Shown here piece after piece: positions 59,848 to 64,000 of a DNA stretch of 64,000 nucleotides. A model generated the notes under the pieces. The model did no database searches, was not told the DNA's origin, and was given only the letters and a program-made list of their open reading frames with translations. The stretch is from Macrostomum lignano (Eukaryota), in assembly GCA_002269645.1 (NCBI GenBank), contig NIVC01000704.1, positions 141,692 through 205,691 on the forward strand, given 5' to 3'. A program made the position numbers and the translations under genes. Within the stretch, counting starts at the first letter, position 1. Every line of letters starts with the position of its first letter.

Positions 59848-60366
59848 GTAAACAGATAGACTGTGTCGAGATTCATTTGGTTTTATTATTGGCGCCTTTT
59901 TTCTCTAGGCAGCCCTGTGTATTAGTTTGGCAGTGAAATTCAATGAATTGCGAGCTTCTCTAGCAAGTAGTCAGGAAATTGGTAAATTTCAAACGCTAAC
60001 TGTTCCTTGAGTTTTAAACTTTGAGAGGAGAGACTTATGTTGCTGGAAAGATCTTGCAACACTGAGTTTGGGGATATAAGTTGTTTGCTTTATATATGAA
60101 AAGAAGAAGCACAGCATTTGAAAAACTATTTCCATACTTTTAACTTTTTGCAAAAATTGTTCAGTTTTGCGAGACGTAATAGATAAAGTTGGGGGGGGGA
60201 GGGTTCAACTTCTCACTGCTGCTGTGTATTGGAGGGTTGATTTAGATTGCGCAATGTTTTTGTTAACTTTAACTGCGACTGATACTGACTGTGAAATCGG
60301 TTGCGCAATAAATTGATTCAATATTTTCATCAGTGCCTTTTAACACAAAGCTAGCTGTGTGTAGTT

Positions 60367-60396
60367 CTAACCCTAACCCTAACCCTAACCCTAACC
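60367..60396 (+). repeat. Short interstitial telomeric-type repeat (CCCTAA)4 plus partial units
   Basis: ctaaCCCTAACCCTAACCCTAACCCTAAcc. Confidence 0.85.
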
Positions 60397-60459
60397 AATG
60401 AATCCAGAGAGTTAAGTTGTTTGACAGAAAAAAATTCTATTGAGTCCAGTTTAGTGGAG

Positions 60460-60720
60460 ACGATTTCAATGTTTTAATTTTGACGGAGAGGATTTCTGTT
60501 TCGTGGAGAGGATTTCGATGGTGTTCAGCTTCACGGAGAGGATTTCTGTTTCGTGGAGATAATTTATGATTGATTTCTGTTTTCTGGAGACAATTTCTAT
60601 GATTTTGATGGATTTAAATTTCAATGAGAGGATTTCGAAGGAGTCCAGTTTCACGGAGAGGATTTCGATGGTTTTCAGTTGCACGGACAGGATTTCTGCT
60701 TCGCAGAGAGGATCTTGATG
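60460..60720 (+). repeat. Degenerate tandem repeat with a GGAGAGGATTTC core
   Basis: Repeated acggagaggatttc units. Confidence 0.75.
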
Positions 60721-60739
60721 GATTTGGCATCTTCAATCA

Positions 60740-61760
60740 GTCAGAGAAGAGAGTAAAGAGAAGAATGAAAAGAGAAGAGAGATGAGATGATAGAAAACAG
60801 AGTAGAAATGAGTGGAGAGATTAGACATGACAGATGGGAGAGAAGAGGGGAGTAAGGCGGGAACGAAGGAGAGAGAAGAGAAGAGGAGAGAGGAGATGAA
60901 GGGAGAGGATATGAGAGAGGAGATATGAGATAGCAGAGAGGAGACAAGAGAGAGAAGAAAGGAGGGATAAGAGCGTACAGAGGCAATAGAAAAGAGGAAA
61001 GAGAGGAGAGAGGTGAGAGGAGAGAGATGAAATATCAGAGATCAGAGATTTAAGAGAAGAAAGTAGTGAGAACTGAGGAGAAAGAAGAGGGTAAAGATGT
61101 GAGTGCAGAGAGGAGAGAAACGAGAGGAGACAGGTGGTAGAAAGGAGTGTAAAAAACAGGAGATAAGAAAGGAGAGGATGAGTGTGAGAGCATATAGGAA
61201 AGTGTAAAAGGGGAGCAGAGGAGAGAGAATAGATAAGTGAGTAGAGAAGAGATATGAGAGAGGAGAGATTCGAGATTAGAGAAGAGATGAGGGGAGATGA
61301 GAGGAGAGAAGAGAGAATGGAGAGGAGAGAAAAGAGAGGAGAGGAGACAGGTGATGCAGTAGAAAGGAGGGAAGAAAGATGGTAGATAAGAAAGGAGAGG
61401 GTGAGAGCATATAAGAAATACGAAAAATGAGAGCAGAGAGAAGAGAGAAAAGGGGAGAGAAAGTAGAGCGGAGACAATAGATAAGTGAGTAGAGATGAGA
61501 TATGAGAGAGGAGAGAAAAGGGGAGAGATAAGAGAGAAGATAGGAGAGTAGACAGGAGAGGGTACAGACGAAAGATGAGGGAGAAGAGATAAATAAGGGA
61601 GTAGAGATGAGAAAAGAGAGAGAAGAGATAAGCGAGAAAAGTAGGAATAGAGGAGAGAGAGAGAGAAGCGAGAGAAGGGAGAAAGGAGGGAGAAGAGAGA
61701 TGAAAGATAGAGATGAAAGAGATGAAAGTGTAGAGAGGAGTAATTAGTGAGGAGAAAGAC
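60740..61760 (+). repeat. Aperiodic purine-rich (AG) low-complexity tract with an internal diverged duplication
   Basis: Similar blocks (caggtggtagaaagga...gagcatata...aatagataagtgagtagag) at ~61130-61260 and ~61350-61500. Confidence 0.8.
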
Positions 61761-61778
61761 CCCCAATAAGCAGGCCAC

Positions 61779-62345
61779 ATTCTGTTTATACCCCCAATAA
61801 GCAGGCCACATATTCCAGCTAAATGCCGCGCTCTCGCCTAGCTAAACTCCTTTAAAAAAGTGTAACGCAATTTACTGAAAACGCAGCATTTTGCTACTGC
61901 GCAAGCGCACCGCTGTTGAGTCACTGATTCTGCTGCCAGCGACTTTGGGAGGGGTTGAAAAAAATGGGAACTAATACGCAGCCAGGGGCCATCAGAGGAC
62001 GCCGCGCCGCTCACTGGGGCAATCAAGGTCGAGCAGCTTGCGCATCTCCGCTGCCAGGGACAGCCAAGGCAGACGCAACCGACTTCAATTAGCAAGCGGG
62101 CTGCCCTCACAGCGGGGTTCGGCAGGGAATGACTCATAGGCAGGGGTCCAGCTGAAACTGGTCCATCAAAGTCTTGAGGGAAACGAGGCAATACCAGATA
62201 TCTGCCTGCCTGTGCTGGACAGTGTTGCCTCACTTGAACAAACTACAGGTAAGTGACGAGAGGGAATTTGAAGTCAGTCATGCCAATCTTAGGTTAAAAG
62301 CCTCCCTCCCCCTAAATGCACCACAAACTAGCCCCAGGAGATGTC
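61779..62345 (+). repeat. Duplicated ~570-bp segment, copy 2, preceded by an extra 21-bp copy of ACCCCCAATAAGCAGGCCACA
   Basis: Matches 51862-52430. Confidence 0.95.
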
Positions 62346-64000
62346 TTAGTATCTGTCTTAGTGTCTGCCTTAGTGTCTGTCTTAGTATCTGTCTTAGTAT
62401 CTGTCTTAGTGTCTGTCTTAGTATCTGTCTTAGTATCTGTCTTAGTGTCTGCCTTAGTGTCTGTCTTAGTGTCTGCCTTAGTATCTGTCTTAGTGTCTAT
62501 CTTAGTATCTGTCTTAGTATCTGTCTTAGTGTCTGTCTTAGTATCTGTCTTAGTATCTGTCTTAGTGTCTGTCTTAGTATCTGTCTTAGTATCTGTCTTA
62601 GTATCTGTCTTAGTGTCTGTCTTAGTATCTGTCTTAGTATCTGTCTTAGTGTCTGCCTTAGTGTCTGTCTTAGTGTCTGCCTTAGTGTCTGTCTTAGTAT
62701 CTGTCTTAGTATCTGTCTTAGTGTCTGTCTTAGTATCTGTCTTAGTATCTGTCTTAGTATCTGTCTTAGTGTCTGTCTTAGTATCTGTCTTAGTATCTGT
62801 CTTAGTGTCTGCCTTAGTGTCTGTCTTAGTGTCTGCCTTAGTATCTGTCTTAGTGTCTGTCTTAGTATCTGTCTTAGTATCTGTCTTAGTGTCTGTCTTA
62901 GTATCTGTCTTAGTATCTGTCTTAGTGTCTGTCTTAGTATCTGTCTTAGTATCTGTCTTAGTGTCTGTCTTAGTATCTGTCTTAGTATCTGTCTTAGTAT
63001 CTGTCTTAGTATCTGTTTTAGTGTCTGTCTTAGTGTCTGCCTTAGTATCTGTCTTAGTGTCTGTCTTAGTATCTGTCTTAGTGTCTGTCTTAGTATCTGT
63101 CTTAGTGTCTGTCTTAGTATCTGTCTTAGTATCTGTCTTAGTGTCTGTCTTAGTATCTGTCTTAGTATCTGTCTTAGTATCTGTCTTAGTGTCTGTCTTA
63201 GTGTCTGTCTTAGTGTCTGTCTTAGTGTCTGTCTTAGTATCTGTCTTAGTATCTGTCTTAGTGTCTGTCTTAGTATCTGTCTTAGTATCTGTCTTAGTGT
63301 CTGTCTTAGTATCTGTCTTAGTATCTGTCTTAGTATCTGTTTTAGTGTCTGTCTTAGTATCTGTCATAGTGTCTGTCATAGTGTCTGTCTTAGTATCTGT
63401 CTTAGTGTCTGTCTTAGTATCTGTCTTAGTATCTGTCTTAGTGTCTGTCATAGTGTCTGTCATAGTGTCTGTCTTAGTATCTGTCTTAGTGTCTGTCATA
63501 GTATCTGTCTTAGTATCTGTTTTAGTGTCTGTCTTAGTATCTGTCATAGTGTCTGTCATAGTGTCTGTCTTAGTATCTGTCTTAGTGTCTGTCTTAGTAT
63601 CTGTCTTAGTGTCTGTCTTAGTATCTGTCTTAGTATCTGTCTTAGTATCTGTCTTAGTATCTGTCTTAGTATCTGTTTTAGTGTCTGTCTTAGTATCTGT
63701 CTTAGTATCTGTCTTAGTATCTGTTTTAGTGTCTGTCTTAGTGTCTGTCTTAGTATCTGTCTTAGTGTCTGTCTTAGTATCTGTCTTAGTATCTGTCTTA
63801 GTATCTGTTTTAGTGTCTGTCTTAGTATCTGTCTTAGTATCTGTCTTAGTATCTGTTTTAGTGCCTGTCTTAGTGTCTGTCTTAGTATCTGTCTTAGTAT
63901 CTGTTTTAGTATCTGTCTTAGTGTCTGTCTTAGTGTCTGTCTTAGTATCTGTCTTAGTATCTGTCTTAGTATCTGTTTTAGTGTCTGTCTTAGTGTCTGT
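62340..64000 (+). repeat. 12-bp satellite (GTCTTAGTRTCT)n, running off the window
   Basis: Direct reading. Confidence 0.97.

Noticed and set aside
60340-60366. Helitron 3' hairpin/CTRR end
   Set aside because: The hairpin is weak, the spacing is wrong and no matching 5' TC end was found.
52397-63559. TDTK / VLVS 400-600-aa ORFs
   Set aside because: 12-bp satellite translations.

Overview
Eukaryotic (animal) genomic DNA. Roughly 40% of it (about 26 kb by my estimate) is micro- and minisatellite arrays, interleaved with GC-rich, CpG-rich exons. The style suggests a flatworm such as Macrostomum, which is inference only. Most long ORFs in the track are repeat artefacts. Supported genes, all on the minus strand: (1) a dystroglycan-like TM/cytoplasmic exon (6445-6768); (2) an intronless DEG/ENaC channel (17031-18911); (3) a 3-exon BARP/CBARP-like CaV-beta-binding membrane protein (24358-31563); (4) an espin/forked-like WH2 plus actin-bundling protein (41777-46430, 5' incomplete). 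Mobile DNA: a very recent Ty3/Gypsy insertion with identical 198-bp LTRs and an ATTCA TSD, whose gag and most of its protease are deleted exactly at the PBS end (7205-10545); a 787-bp TIR element (59061-59847); and a decayed Mutator-like transposase (about 56470-58050). That transposase lies in an AT-rich island almost free of CpG, and its lesions look like systematic C>T/G>A hypermutation, including non-CpG sites. This is the strongest candidate for an undescribed system: a RIP-like or methylation-driven TE defence. A ~570-bp segment plus satellite is duplicated 9.9 kb apart around the island. Protein assignments come from motifs recalled from memory, and splice models are manual; no database searches were run.
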